Assembly: GCA_037381445.1 (NCBI GenBank) | Contig: JARRQT010000001.1 | Span: 19,567 to 77,422, forward strand | Direction of reading: 5' to 3' | From: Calditrichia bacterium | GTDB lineage: Bacteria > Calditrichota > Calditrichia > RBG-13-44-9 | DNA: 57,856 nt | Shown: in pieces, positions 37,068 to 47,488 of the stretch | Layout of the letters: each line of letters begins with the position of its first letter | Position numbering within the stretch: the stretch's first letter is position 1 | Notes under the pieces: model-generated | Seen by the model: the letters and a program-made list of their open reading frames with translations, nothing else | Database searches by the model: none | What the model was told of the DNA's origin: nothing | Translations under genes and position numbers: made by a program

Positions 37068-37463
37068 CTATACCCGCTCAATCACTGCTTTTAATTTGTT
37101 TTGAACCTGGGCGGCCACGTCACCCAGATTCGGATTCTCCACTGCCTGCATTGAGGCCATCGGATTAACCGCCGCTACGACTGTGCGGTCTTCCACGTTT
37201 ATGTATACAATGACATTGCAGGGAAGCATCAGGCCGATCTGCTCCTCTGCCTGCAGTGCCTGGTGTGCGAAGGGAGGATTACAGGCGCCCAGTATCTTAT
37301 ATGATTTGTAATCAACATCCAATTTTTTCTTCATGGTTGTTTTGACATCGATCTCGGTCAGTATCCCGAATCCCTCTTTCTTCAGTTCCGCTGCTACCTT
37401 GTCCAGCGCCTGTTCAAATGAATAATCCACTTCTTTGGAAAAACCGTAAGATGTTGTTTTCAT
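37068..37463 (-). CDS. DUF302 domain protein
   Basis: 131 aa. ..EGFGILTEIDVKTTMKKKLDVDYKSYKILGACNP..A..AL....IGLMLPCNV.VY matches the DUF302 pattern. SD GGAGG. Confidence 0.8.
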   Translation of the reverse strand: MKTTSYGFSKEVDYSFEQALDKVAAELKKEGFGILTEIDVKTTMKKKLDVDYKSYKILGACNPPFAHQALQAEEQIGLMLPCNVIVYINVEDRTVVAAVNPMASMQAVENPNLGDVAAQVQNKLKAVIERV

Positions 37464-37781
37464 GAGGAAGGCCTCCGATTTTTTATTTTGTAACTAGAAT
37501 GATTATGCACTTTCACAATCTGTAGATTAAATGAAGAATTATCCCAAAAGTTACAAATAGCGACGGCCATTGCTTCTATGAAAAAAATGAATCGAACGGA
37601 TGGGGGCGGCTCCTTTTGAAAATTCAGCACCTATGTTTTTTAGGATCAAACTTTTTCAGGTAGGCTCCTAAATCTGGCCTTATCCAAAGTATCCGGTTTG
37701 CACGGAAATGAAAATGGAAGTCATTGAAAATAAAATGAAATATAGAATTTAATATCGAAATCCGGTGAGAGAACCGAAAGC

Positions 37782-37812
37782 AAAAAGGCCCGAAGCGTCT
37801 GGCTCCAGGCCT
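37782..37812 (-). terminator. Terminator candidate after dnaJ
   Basis: On the minus strand, AGGCC-17 nt-GGCCT followed by TTTTTG, 15 nt past the dnaJ stop. The stem is short. Confidence 0.35.
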
Positions 37813-37826
37813 GTCTGTAAATGAAG

Positions 37827-39002
37827 TCAAATATTGAGCGCTTCTTTGAATTTTTCGAAGAAACCTTTTTTTCTGGGCGGATTAATATTCTCCAGTTGAG
37901 CAAGCTCTTCCAGAAGCTCCTTTTCCCTCGGCGTAAGTTTGGTGGGCGTCCAGAGTTTTACCTGCACAAGCAAATCGCCTTTCCGGTAAGTATTCACTTC
38001 TGGGAGACCTTTTTGCCGAAGGCGGAAAACCTTGCCGCTTTGGGTGCCGGGGGGGATATTAATCTTAACGACTTTGTTGATTTTTTCCTTGCCCGAGTCC
38101 TCCAACTCCAGGGTGGGAATTTCCACATCGGTGCCTAATGCAACCTCGGGGAAACTTAGATCAACCTCATAAACGACATCGTTTCCGTGCCGGTTAAAGA
38201 ATTTATGGGGAATTTCTTCCATCACCACGATCAAATCTCCTGCCGGCCCGCCGTTGGGGCCCACATTTCCCTTCCCGCGAATGGTCATGTAATTGCCCTC
38301 CGCCACACCGGCGGGAACATTGATTTCCACGGTGTCTTCCCCATGGATACGACCTTCTCCCCGGCAATCGGGGCAGGGGTTGGTTATGATGGTCCCGCTT
38401 CCCCCGCAACGCGAACAGGGAGCAATATTCACAAATCTTCCGAAGAGGGATTGCGAGACTTCCCGCACTTCGCCGCTACCCTGGCATACCGGACAGGTTG
38501 ACGGTTTGGTGCCGGATTTTGCTCCGCTCCCCTTGCATGTGGAGCAGGCCACCTGTTTTTTTATTTTTAATTGTTTGGTGACGCCGGAAGCGATTTCCTC
38601 GAGGGTAAGTTTTAGTTTAATCTGCATGTCCCGTCCGCGCATCTTCCCGGTCCGCCGGTCTCTGCGGTTGCCGTTCCCAAACAAATCACCAAAACCGAAA
38701 CCCTGTTCCATAAAAATGCGCAACGCATCGCTTAGATCGAAGTGATCGAAATCGAAGCCGGCGCTGGCGCCGCCTTTTACGCCCTCATGACCAAAACGAT
38801 CGTAGCGGGCCCGTTTGTTCGAATCTTTCAATACCTCATAAGCCTCGGCGACCTCTTTGAATTTTTCTTCCGCCTCTTTGTCCCCCTGGTTCCGGTCCGG
38901 ATGGTATTTCATTGCCATCTTCCGGTAAGCGGATTTAATTTCTTCTTCGCTGGCAGTTTTATGAATTTCTAATATTTCGTAATAATCTCTTTTTGTCGTC
39001 AT
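37827..39002 (-). CDS. dnaJ: Molecular chaperone DnaJ
   Basis: J-domain DYYEILEI...KYHPDRN, G/F region, four CxxCxGxG zinc-finger repeats ([32 protein letters not shown]). Confidence 0.97.
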   Translation of the reverse strand: MTTKRDYYEILEIHKTASEEEIKSAYRKMAMKYHPDRNQGDKEAEEKFKEVAEAYEVLKDSNKRARYDRFGHEGVKGGASAGFDFDHFDLSDALRIFMEQGFGFGDLFGNGNRRDRRTGKMRGRDMQIKLKLTLEEIASGVTKQLKIKKQVACSTCKGSGAKSGTKPSTCPVCQGSGEVREVSQSLFGRFVNIAPCSRCGGSGTIITNPCPDCRGEGRIHGEDTVEINVPAGVAEGNYMTIRGKGNVGPNGGPAGDLIVVMEEIPHKFFNRHGNDVVYEVDLSFPEVALGTDVEIPTLELEDSGKEKINKVVKINIPPGTQSGKVFRLRQKGLPEVNTYRKGDLLVQVKLWTPTKLTPREKELLEELAQLENINPPRKKGFFEKFKEALNI

Positions 39003-39017
39003 TATTATCCCTTAAAA

Positions 39018-39614
39018 TCATTTGTTTACAAAAACTTTTGAGTGCCTTAAAACTTTTTCCTTGTAGATATATCCTTTCTGAACTTCCTCTACCACCGTCC
39101 CTGGTTGCGCATCGCTTTTCTCCACCTGTAATACAGCTTCGTGGAAATTGTAATCAAATTGTTTGCCCACTGCTTCAATCGGTTTCAGCCCGGTCTGCTC
39201 CAGGGCTTTCCGAAAGTTTTGATAGACAAGCTCAACACCGCTCATAAAATCTTCAGGTTGCCGGATGGCATCTCCATAATTTAATGATCTTTCCAGATCA
39301 TCCAATAATGGCAGTAGCTTCGCCAGAAGTTCGCTATTTGCATACACGGCCATGTTACCGATTTCCCGATTGGTGCGTTTTTTAATGTTTGAAATTTCTG
39401 CGGTCAGTCCCAGATTCGTTTCCTCAAGATTCAGTTTTTCCTGCTCCAATTCATGGATCTTTTCCTGCAGTTTTTTGATCTCTTCCGGATATTGCCTATC
39501 TTCTGTTCTTTCAACCTCAGACTTTGCTCTTTGAGTCAAAAACTCTTTTTCATTTCTGAAGTTTTTTGTTTCAAATGTATTATTCTTTTTGTTCTCCTCC
39601 AAAGGTCTTTCCAT
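39018..39614 (-). CDS. grpE: Nucleotide exchange factor GrpE
   Basis: Coiled-coil N-terminus. LLPLLDDLERSL, FDYNFHEAV, GTVVEEVQKGYIYKEKVLRHSKV. Confidence 0.9.
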   Translation of the reverse strand: MERPLEENKKNNTFETKNFRNEKEFLTQRAKSEVERTEDRQYPEEIKKLQEKIHELEQEKLNLEETNLGLTAEISNIKKRTNREIGNMAVYANSELLAKLLPLLDDLERSLNYGDAIRQPEDFMSGVELVYQNFRKALEQTGLKPIEAVGKQFDYNFHEAVLQVEKSDAQPGTVVEEVQKGYIYKEKVLRHSKVFVNK

Positions 39615-39641
39615 TCCTCCACTCTCCAGTCGTGCTTAAAA

Positions 39642-40673
39642 TCAGTTTTGTTCAAAAGGATCGGAAATAACGCGGGCAGTAAATTCCACGAGCGGTACCA
39701 GGTGGCTGTAATTCATCCGTGTGGGACCAATTATTCCCAGCATGCCAATTACGTTGTCTATTTTATAACGCGCCGCGATAATACTGCAATTTTCCATCGC
39801 TTCCTCGCCAATTTCCTCTCCGATGATAATATTTAAATCCTCTTCGCTCACTTTATTACCCAACAGACGTATTATTATTCGCTTATCCTCCAACAGTTCC
39901 ACCACGCCGGAAATTTTTTCATTATCGGTAAATTCCGGCTGACGAAGGATATTGTGGGTCCCGGTCAGATAGACCTCGTTGTTTTCTGAAAAATCAAATA
40001 TCTGCTTCGCCGACCGAATAAAAATATGAATGAGCCCGGAATCCTCCGCCCGGATATCTTCGACAATTTCTTTGAATTTTTCACGGATTTCTTTTAATTT
40101 TAGTCCGTGAAGTCTTTCATTCAGAATCTCCCGCAATGAGTCCAACTGCTCTTCATGAATGCCGGAATTAATCTCAAGAAAAATTGTTTTCACGATGCCG
40201 CTTTTAATGGAGAGGATCAGTAGCAGGCGTTCGCTGCTTATGCGGGTGATATCCATCCTGTGAAAAATTCCCTCTTCCAGATGAGGAGATATCATGATTC
40301 CCAATTGATGGGTTAAATGGGCCAGAATGCGCGTTGATTCCCGCAGTACGCTTTCAAAATCGCCGGTGTTGCTGGACAATACCTGGCGGAGTCTTTCCTT
40401 TTCGGTACCCGACAGTCTGGCACGTTTCATCATATGGTCCACATAAAGCCGGTAACCGAGCGTGGTTGGCACCCGACCCGCCGAAGTATGGGGCTGATAA
40501 ATATAGCCCTTTTGCTCCAGCCTGGCCATAATTGTCCGAATGCTGGCGGGACTGTAGGCCAGATGGCTGTTTTGAGCGATAAAGCTTGAGGCAACCGGAT
40601 TCGCAGTCAAAATAAAACTGCTCACAATTGCTTCAAATACTAATTTTTCCTTTTCAGTCAGTAATTCTTTCAT
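39642..40673 (-). CDS. hrcA: Heat-inducible transcription repressor HrcA
   Basis: N-terminal wHTH ..SPASIRTIMARLEQKGYIYQPHTSAGRVPT... 343 aa. Located directly upstream of grpE. Confidence 0.9.
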   Translation of the reverse strand: MKELLTEKEKLVFEAIVSSFILTANPVASSFIAQNSHLAYSPASIRTIMARLEQKGYIYQPHTSAGRVPTTLGYRLYVDHMMKRARLSGTEKERLRQVLSSNTGDFESVLRESTRILAHLTHQLGIMISPHLEEGIFHRMDITRISSERLLLILSIKSGIVKTIFLEINSGIHEEQLDSLREILNERLHGLKLKEIREKFKEIVEDIRAEDSGLIHIFIRSAKQIFDFSENNEVYLTGTHNILRQPEFTDNEKISGVVELLEDKRIIIRLLGNKVSEEDLNIIIGEEIGEEAMENCSIIAARYKIDNVIGMLGIIGPTRMNYSHLVPLVEFTARVISDPFEQN

Positions 40674-41387
40674 AGCTACATTTAAATTTCAAATTTATTT
40701 TCTATTGATGCAAGGATCAAGCTAAAAAACAACCGTTTCTATCTTGTTTTATAAACAAGCAATTATTAGATGGTTCCCATCTGCAAAAGTTAGAAATTTT
40801 ATTTAATTTTTTCCAACAGCCGTTTTAAGAAATCAAAAACGAAAGAATAAATACATCAATTACAAAGCGGTCGTCATTTCAGATGGTTCGCCTCTCTGTG
40901 TCTGACAGAATTTGATAAAGGTCGCCATATTTGGAAAATCTTATCCAGAATTGCAGGAAAATATATGTCTGGAGCATCAAAAAGCGCCCAAATATCCCCC
41001 ATCCGTTTGAATCGGAGACATACTAGTGAGGCCACCAGAATGAAATGAACAGCAGGACCGTGAAAATAGAAATTACAAAGTACATGCCGCAAAATTGCAG
41101 CGGATTATGCCAGAATATAATAAGCGATTTGCGAAAACTGATGATTACTGAATTTAAATTTTCCTTTACCGGGATGATCTTTATCTGATAAATTGCAGTT
41201 CTGGGAGATAGCGGAGTGTCAAAGATCTGCTGCGAAAGAAGGAAACCGGGAATCGATAAAAGAATTGGTATGAGAAGTTTTCTCATTATAATGTCCATTC
41301 CCCTGGAAAAATTTATGGAGTTTCCAGGTAACAAATTTATAGAGACTCAATTGTTCAGCAGAAAATAAGCTGGGATTTTGATAAACA

Positions 41388-43082
41388 TTAAGTTTGTTTG
41401 AAAACGCAGGCCTTGTTTCTTCCCTCTTGTTTGGCTTGATAAAGTGCACTATCAGCGCTCTTAATTAATCGATAAGCTGTTTCTCCATCCTCAGGGAAAG
41501 TCGCCACTCCCAGGCTGATGGTAAGCTTGCTGTCCGGGGTTTCCTTGCCCGGGAAAAAATCCATTTTTGCAATGATCTGCCTCAGTTTTTCCGCTACGAA
41601 ATAGGCTTCCTGCCGGTTCAATTCCGGACAGATGATTGCGAATTCCTCACCGCCATAGCGAGCCACAATATCACTGGTTCGGGTGTTTTTAATTAGTGAT
41701 TTTGATAGGCGCCGCAGAATGGTATCGCCTGCCTGATGTCCGAATGTGTCGTTAAATTTTTTAAAGAAATCGATATCGATTAAGATTAGGGAAAAATGCG
41801 AACGGTGTCGTTTATCCCGGCTGACTTCCCGGGAAAGTTGCTGGATGAAATAGCGGTAATTGAAAAGGTTGGTCAAGGGGTCGGTGATGGCCTCCTTTTC
41901 CGCCCGGATAAACAAAAAGCGCAGTTGCTCCATAAGAAGCAAATTTTGGTACATATAACTGCCCATTTGAAAAACCGTTTCCAAAAAGCGGAATTCAAAT
42001 GATGATATTTTTCTTCCCGACCGGTTGTTATCCACAAAAATATAACCTGCGTGATATAAAAACTCGCTGGTGAGGTATTCACTGAGGTTCTCGAGGATAA
42101 TGTCAATATCAGAATCTGCCTGATTGTGCAATGTGGGGAGGAAAGATTCCAGCATTGGCTGGACCCGCTCCCGTATGTTGCCGGTTTGAGAGAGATTCAT
42201 CGGTAGACCCAGGTATGCAAAAACAAACTGGCTGGTTTTTAACTTTTCCAATTGCTCTCTCAAGTCGGGCTCTTGTATTCGCCTGATGTCTGCAACCCAG
42301 ATCACTCTCCTCTTCTGAAACAGGTTCTCGAAATATGCATTCATAAAGGGATAATAAAATGTCGTCCACTGGTCGGGATTGATTCCCCGCGCATAACTGA
42401 TCTGTAGATTGTTGGAGGTATCCACGTCGATAAATGCGCAGCGGTCATAACCGAATTGTTCGAAAATTTCATCAACCAGCACTTTTTTTAATTCCATCGG
42501 ATTACTGCAGGTTTGCAGTTTGGATAGAATGTTCACTTTTTTCTCAAGAAAAATGTTGTATGACTGCAATTTCTGATAAGTCTCTTCCAATTTTCGGTTT
42601 GATCGTTCCAGTTCCTGAACCTTTGTGGTCAGGTGTTCCACCAGCGAGATTTCATATTGACTGTGGAGTGTTTCCCGGATATTACCGTCCACATACTCCC
42701 TTTTGCCACCAACAAATTGCAGAATCTGAGCGGGAAAATTTTCCACATCAATCGGCTTTGTCAAATACCCGTCGCACCCCGCCAGCAAAATCAACTCCCT
42801 TACATTCTTATCTCGCATCCCTGTTAATGCGACAATCACAACATTTTCCAAGCCTTTGGTGTTTTTTAGCTTTGTGGTCAGTTCATGCCCGCTGATATCC
42901 GGGAGATTAATATCCATCAATATAAGATCGGGTGTATTTTTTAATGCCAATTGCAGACCATCCAGACCGGTAGAGGCGTCCAGATATTCAAATGGGGGAC
43001 GATTCAATACTTTTTGCACCAGCAGGCGCGAACTTAGATCGTCTTCGATATAAAGAACTTTTACAAATTCGCTTTTTTTCAT
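41388..43082 (-). CDS. Response-regulator receiver - middle sensory domain - GGDEF diguanylate cyclase
   Basis: REC (VLYIEDD, ILMDINLPD, K-containing LTKP). GGDEF active site RYGGEEF with an I-site RTSD five residues upstream. Start set at ATG 43082. Confidence 0.9.
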   Translation of the reverse strand: MKKSEFVKVLYIEDDLSSRLLVQKVLNRPPFEYLDASTGLDGLQLALKNTPDLILMDINLPDISGHELTTKLKNTKGLENVVIVALTGMRDKNVRELILLAGCDGYLTKPIDVENFPAQILQFVGGKREYVDGNIRETLHSQYEISLVEHLTTKVQELERSNRKLEETYQKLQSYNIFLEKKVNILSKLQTCSNPMELKKVLVDEIFEQFGYDRCAFIDVDTSNNLQISYARGINPDQWTTFYYPFMNAYFENLFQKRRVIWVADIRRIQEPDLREQLEKLKTSQFVFAYLGLPMNLSQTGNIRERVQPMLESFLPTLHNQADSDIDIILENLSEYLTSEFLYHAGYIFVDNNRSGRKISSFEFRFLETVFQMGSYMYQNLLLMEQLRFLFIRAEKEAITDPLTNLFNYRYFIQQLSREVSRDKRHRSHFSLILIDIDFFKKFNDTFGHQAGDTILRRLSKSLIKNTRTSDIVARYGGEEFAIICPELNRQEAYFVAEKLRQIIAKMDFFPGKETPDSKLTISLGVATFPEDGETAYRLIKSADSALYQAKQEGRNKACVFKQT

Positions 43083-43616
43083 TTTGAAAGCTTCGATCAA
43101 TTATCAGATGGAAACTAAATAATGCAGATAAAGAATTCTGAATTCAGATGACATTTTTCACTGAAGAAAATATAGATTAGGGGTAATAAATATGCAAGAT
43201 TCTTTTTTTGAATATAGGAAATCAATAATCCCCAAAACAAAGTATTTGTCTGTAACATATAATGAGATTGGGTATCCTGAAATTGCCCGGCAATGCACTC
43301 ATGTTATATTTTGACTGAATACGGAAATTTACCGTTTTTAAAAAGAAAGTTCTTAAAATTTGTAAAGTAGAATTAAATCTCGCCTGTAAGAAAAGCTTTA
43401 GAGTCAGACGTTTTCTAACAGAAAAATAAATTCCTCAATCAGTCCTTTTGAAATTTTATATAGAGTTCTTTTCTCATCCAGGCAATGCAATGGTTTTGAG
43501 GAAGTGCAAACATCACGGATTGCGAAAACTTATTTGGGAACAAATAATCAGCAAAACAATTCCAATTGCTGGCATAGAATTAGCTTAACATTCGGGCCGG
43601 ACTTTTTGAGGATAGT

Positions 43617-44549
43617 ATGGGAAGACTGATTAGAGATTTTCCGTTTTTAGAATATGTCTTTATCACCATCGGTGCAGCAATTATGGCTCTGGGGATCGGG
43701 ATCTTTTTGGTCGATGCGCAGGTGGTTCCGGGAGGAGTCAGCGGTCTGTCGATGGCGCTTCATTATTTCTCCGATAATAAGCTTCCCGTGGGATTAATGA
43801 TGTGGGTGCTTAATATCCCGCTTTACATCTGGGGATTCCGGGAATTGGGCAAGCGTTTTGGCGTCAGGACTTTTTACGGATTTACCGCGAATTCCTTTTT
43901 CATTGATTTTTTTCGAGGCGATGTCCCCGGTCTTGGTTTCATTCATCTTCAAAAATCGGCCACAGTTATGGATTTGCAGAAACACGATTTCCTGTTTCTG
44001 ATTTTGGTGGGCGCCGTTTTGCTGGGAATCGGGCTTGGGATTATTTTCAAGTTTAAGGGAACCACTGCCGGATCAGATATATTGGCAGCCATACTCCAGA
44101 AGCGATATGGCATCAAACCCGGCCAGGCGATTATGCTGATTGATTTCTTTGTCATTTCATTTGCGGGATTCATCATCCATTTCAAACATCTCGCCATTGC
44201 GCGCCCGGCCATGTCTCTTACCCTGTACGCCTTCTTCCTTTTATTTGTCTCCAGTAAATTGGTTGATATTATTCTTGACGGTTTTGACTATGCAAGAGCT
44301 GCCTATATAATTTCTGATAAATCGGATCAGCTTTCTAAAGCGATTATTCAGCAGCTCAGCCGCGGCGCTACAGCGCTTAAGGCACGCGGATTATATAAAA
44401 ACATCGATCGGGAGGTGCTAATGACTGTGGTTACTCGCAAGGAGATAGGGGAACTCACTGAGTTGATCGAAGATATTGATCCCGATGCTTTTGTAATAAT
44501 CTCCGATGTCCATGAGGTTCTGGGTAAAGGATTCCGGCGCAGAATTTAG
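43617..44549 (+). CDS. YitT family membrane protein (DUF2179 C-terminal domain)
   Basis: Repeated YitT membrane modules (..GGVSGLSM.., ..GTTAGSDILA..). Soluble C-terminal ..VVTRKEIGELTELIEDIDPDAFVIISDVHEVLGKGF. Confidence 0.85.
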   Translation: MGRLIRDFPFLEYVFITIGAAIMALGIGIFLVDAQVVPGGVSGLSMALHYFSDNKLPVGLMMWVLNIPLYIWGFRELGKRFGVRTFYGFTANSFFIDFFRGDVPGLGFIHLQKSATVMDLQKHDFLFLILVGAVLLGIGLGIIFKFKGTTAGSDILAAILQKRYGIKPGQAIMLIDFFVISFAGFIIHFKHLAIARPAMSLTLYAFFLLFVSSKLVDIILDGFDYARAAYIISDKSDQLSKAIIQQLSRGATALKARGLYKNIDREVLMTVVTRKEIGELTELIEDIDPDAFVIISDVHEVLGKGFRRRI

Positions 44550-44970
44550 TTTGATATGCTATCAAGAATATGATGTCGAAAAGGATGATAAAATATCGCG
44601 CAAGTGATGTCTGTCAATTATGAAGGTTCGCAAAAGGCTGTAAGACAATGAAAAAATTGAGGCTAGACTATATGGCAATTCTCCAAATAAAGAGAGTTTG
44701 ATCTTGGAAATATTGATATTCTGCACAAATGAGAAACCAGAATTTGAGTAACATCCATATATAAAAACAGAAAAAGGAGTGAGCGATGAAATTGAAATTG
44801 AAAGTAAAAATGAAAATTAAAAGAGTTCAGAAATCTAATAATTAGCGGAACTTTTTCGCGGCCGATATTGTCTTTGCCAGATTATAATTCAAATGATTAA
44901 GCATTAATAGAATCAAAATTAGCTCTTATCCAAAATATTTCTTTCCAACACACTGCACATAATGGCTTCT

Positions 44971-44999
44971 ATTGGGTGTCATAATGTCTGACATCCAAT
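44971..44999. terminator. Hairpin between the convergent yitT-side region and the flippase gene
   Basis: ATTGGGTGTCA-taatgtc-TGACATCCAAT: 11-bp stem with one G-U pair, followed on the plus strand by TTGTATAACTT. Lies 10 nt beyond the flippase stop. Confidence 0.4.
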
Positions 45000-45008
45000 T
45001 TGTATAAC

Positions 45009-46484
45009 TTAATTTCTTTTAAGAAATACATATCTCTTTACAAATTTTAGAAATAATTCCCGGTCATATTTTGTAATAACGTTAGTTACCACCCCAGCAA
45101 CAATAAAAGTCGCCATGTAGAGTATAAAAGCACTGGGAAATTTGATCCATTTAGTTAAATCAAATTGGGAAAAAAAGTAAAATACCATGCCCACTATAAT
45201 GCTAAGCGAGAATGTTTTTAGAAGTTTTGAGAAGGCAAAAAGTTCAGCTATATCGAATTTTAACCTTCTTTTAATTAGAATTACATAATACAGCAATGAA
45301 ATATAATTCACAATAACTGTGGCAATTGCAGGTCCGGTAAGTCCAAAAATCCTTACGAAGACAATATTAAGAATCAAATTTGCACCCAGAGTGATTGTTG
45401 CACCCCAAAAGATTGGTTTTGTAATCCCGGCAGCCTGCAAAACAAGTGTGTAATTTGCAACGCGCATAGGCAATATTCCAAGATATATTCTGAAAATCGT
45501 AACTGCACCTAAATATTTTTCTGAATATGCAATAGCGATGAATTCTGGAGCAAAGACGAAGAAAAAAACAATTAAAGGAAAAAGAATAAGGGCGAATTTA
45601 CGAATGGAGCCACTATATACAGTTGTAATTTTTCTTTTTTCTGTCTGAAAATTTAATTTTGAAATTTCCGGTAGAACTACGCTAAAAATTGAATTCCTCA
45701 AATTCGGCACGATAGGAATTTCAGTAGCGCCTATCGCAAAGACTGCGAAAAGCTCAGGGGAGAAAAAATTTGAAACCACCAATTTGTCAAGTTGGGTTGA
45801 TAGAATACCAACAATTGAAGCCATACCGAGCGGGATTGAATACTTCATTTGTTCACGAATTAAAGCAAAATCAAGCTGGAATTTTTCACTTATAAATTTC
45901 TTTAGAGAAAAAATAGTGTAGACAAACTGGATCGTCGACGAAATGACGATGCCAATAGCAGTAAAAAATACATCCTTGGTGAAAAATGCTATGGTGAGAA
46001 TGAATATTGCATCAGATATAACTGAAAATATGGAAAAGAATGCGACTTTCTTTGACTTTTGAAATCCAAGCATGAAATATATATAGCTTGTGGTAATAAA
46101 CATAAACATGGGGTATAAAAAGAAGACCAGAAGCAGGTGTGGCAAATTATTGTTATTAAATAGAACTGCAATGGGATGTCGGAAAAGAAGGAGTATTATT
46201 GAAAGAAGAAAACCAAATATAAAGAGCATTAATAAGGTTTGAATGATGAACTTTTGCTGCTTCTCAGTATTTGAAAACTTGGGAAGAAAATATAAAATAC
46301 TCTGGGGAATACCCCAGAGCAACATGGTGGAAAAAATTTGATAGATCAGGAATAACTGCAGATAACTTCCGTAGGCATCCTTTGTAAAAATCCGGGCAAG
46401 TATAAATCCGATGATGGTTTTTACAAGAAGGCGTGAAATATTACCAAGAGAGACAATTCCCGCCTGTTTAACAAGTCTTGACAT
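45009..46484 (-). CDS. Wzx-like oligosaccharide flippase (MOP/polysaccharide biosynthesis protein family)
   Basis: 491 aa and about 12-14 TM helices. N-terminal ..VKQAGIVSLGNISRLLVKTIIGFILARIF..YG.Y is typical of PST/Wzx proteins. Very AT-rich. Confidence 0.8.
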   Translation of the reverse strand: MSRLVKQAGIVSLGNISRLLVKTIIGFILARIFTKDAYGSYLQLFLIYQIFSTMLLWGIPQSILYFLPKFSNTEKQQKFIIQTLLMLFIFGFLLSIILLLFRHPIAVLFNNNNLPHLLLVFFLYPMFMFITTSYIYFMLGFQKSKKVAFFSIFSVISDAIFILTIAFFTKDVFFTAIGIVISSTIQFVYTIFSLKKFISEKFQLDFALIREQMKYSIPLGMASIVGILSTQLDKLVVSNFFSPELFAVFAIGATEIPIVPNLRNSIFSVVLPEISKLNFQTEKRKITTVYSGSIRKFALILFPLIVFFFVFAPEFIAIAYSEKYLGAVTIFRIYLGILPMRVANYTLVLQAAGITKPIFWGATITLGANLILNIVFVRIFGLTGPAIATVIVNYISLLYYVILIKRRLKFDIAELFAFSKLLKTFSLSIIVGMVFYFFSQFDLTKWIKFPSAFILYMATFIVAGVVTNVITKYDRELFLKFVKRYVFLKRN

Positions 46485-46486
46485 AC

Positions 46487-47488
46487 TTACCTTTTTAATC
46501 CTTGAAGCAGCGTCATGAGTCCCAATTTTCTTTTTTCCAATGAAAAATTCTCAATTATTCTGTGACGGGCCTTTTTCCCAATTTCATCATCAGTCTGCAT
46601 GGCCAGCCTGATGATTTTGGTCGCAGCATCTATGTTTCTTTCCCTCATCAGGAATCCGGCATCATCGATGGCAACAGGAATACCTCCGACATTTGCTCCA
46701 ACAGGAATACATTCACACAACATGGCTTCGCACACTGTATTGGGCAAACCTTCCCGCATTGAGAATTGAGCATAAATTTTTGCTCTTTGATAATACTTCA
46801 GAAGGCTATCATGCGCGACTGCTCCTAATATGGTGAGATTGGGAGGCAGGTCTTTCAATGTTGATGATAATTGCTCACTCATTCCAATAATCATGAAACG
46901 ATATTCCGGAATTTTCCTGGCTGCTTCGATAAATATGTCCATACCTTTGAGTTTCATTCGCAGCTTGTCATTAACGAGGGCTACCGTGAGGATCAGCCTG
47001 TCTTTTGACTTGTTGTCCGGAAAGAAATTTTCAGCTTTGTATGCGGTATAAAGAACTTTGATATTTGCATCCGGCACTCTTTCCAAGGCTTCATCAAGCA
47101 CACTATCTACAACCGGCAGATTGAGAGTTGAATGTCTAATAGAATATCTTGTAAAAAATGCGCGAATTTTATTATTGAATGAACCATAATTTATCTCAGG
47201 GAGATATGCGACGTCGTATCCACCCAGAACCAGATAAGATTTTTTCTTTAAGAGATTTGCAAAGAGCACCGGAAAGAAAGAATGATAATCAGCAAACCAT
47301 ATGAAGACTGCCTTGGCTTCCCAAATATTTTTAAGCAGCCATCCAAAAAGAGCAATCTGATTAAGAATATTATATAGAATACCTTTTCTTGGATTATAAT
47401 AAAAATCTAATACCGGATATTCATCTGAAAGCAGTTTATAATCAGTTTCAACAAAGGTGCTAAAGCCTTTATGGATAAATAATATCAT
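46487..47488 (-). CDS. Glycosyltransferase (GT-B fold, GT4-like)
   Basis: C-terminal ..SMREGLPNTVCEAMLCECIPVGANVGGIP.. matches the E-x7-E / EAM..G.PV region of GT4 enzymes. Confidence 0.8.
   Translation of the reverse strand: MILFIHKGFSTFVETDYKLLSDEYPVLDFYYNPRKGILYNILNQIALFGWLLKNIWEAKAVFIWFADYHSFFPVLFANLLKKKSYLVLGGYDVAYLPEINYGSFNNKIRAFFTRYSIRHSTLNLPVVDSVLDEALERVPDANIKVLYTAYKAENFFPDNKSKDRLILTVALVNDKLRMKLKGMDIFIEAARKIPEYRFMIIGMSEQLSSTLKDLPPNLTILGAVAHDSLLKYYQRAKIYAQFSMREGLPNTVCEAMLCECIPVGANVGGIPVAIDDAGFLMRERNIDAATKIIRLAMQTDDEIGKKARHRIIENFSLEKRKLGLMTLLQGLKR

Noticed and set aside
40874-41334. Annotating the two short ORFs in the hrcA-GGDEF gap as genes
   Set aside because: They are too short, lie in different frames and have only a vague remembered similarity. 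I reported them as a possible relic rather than as features.
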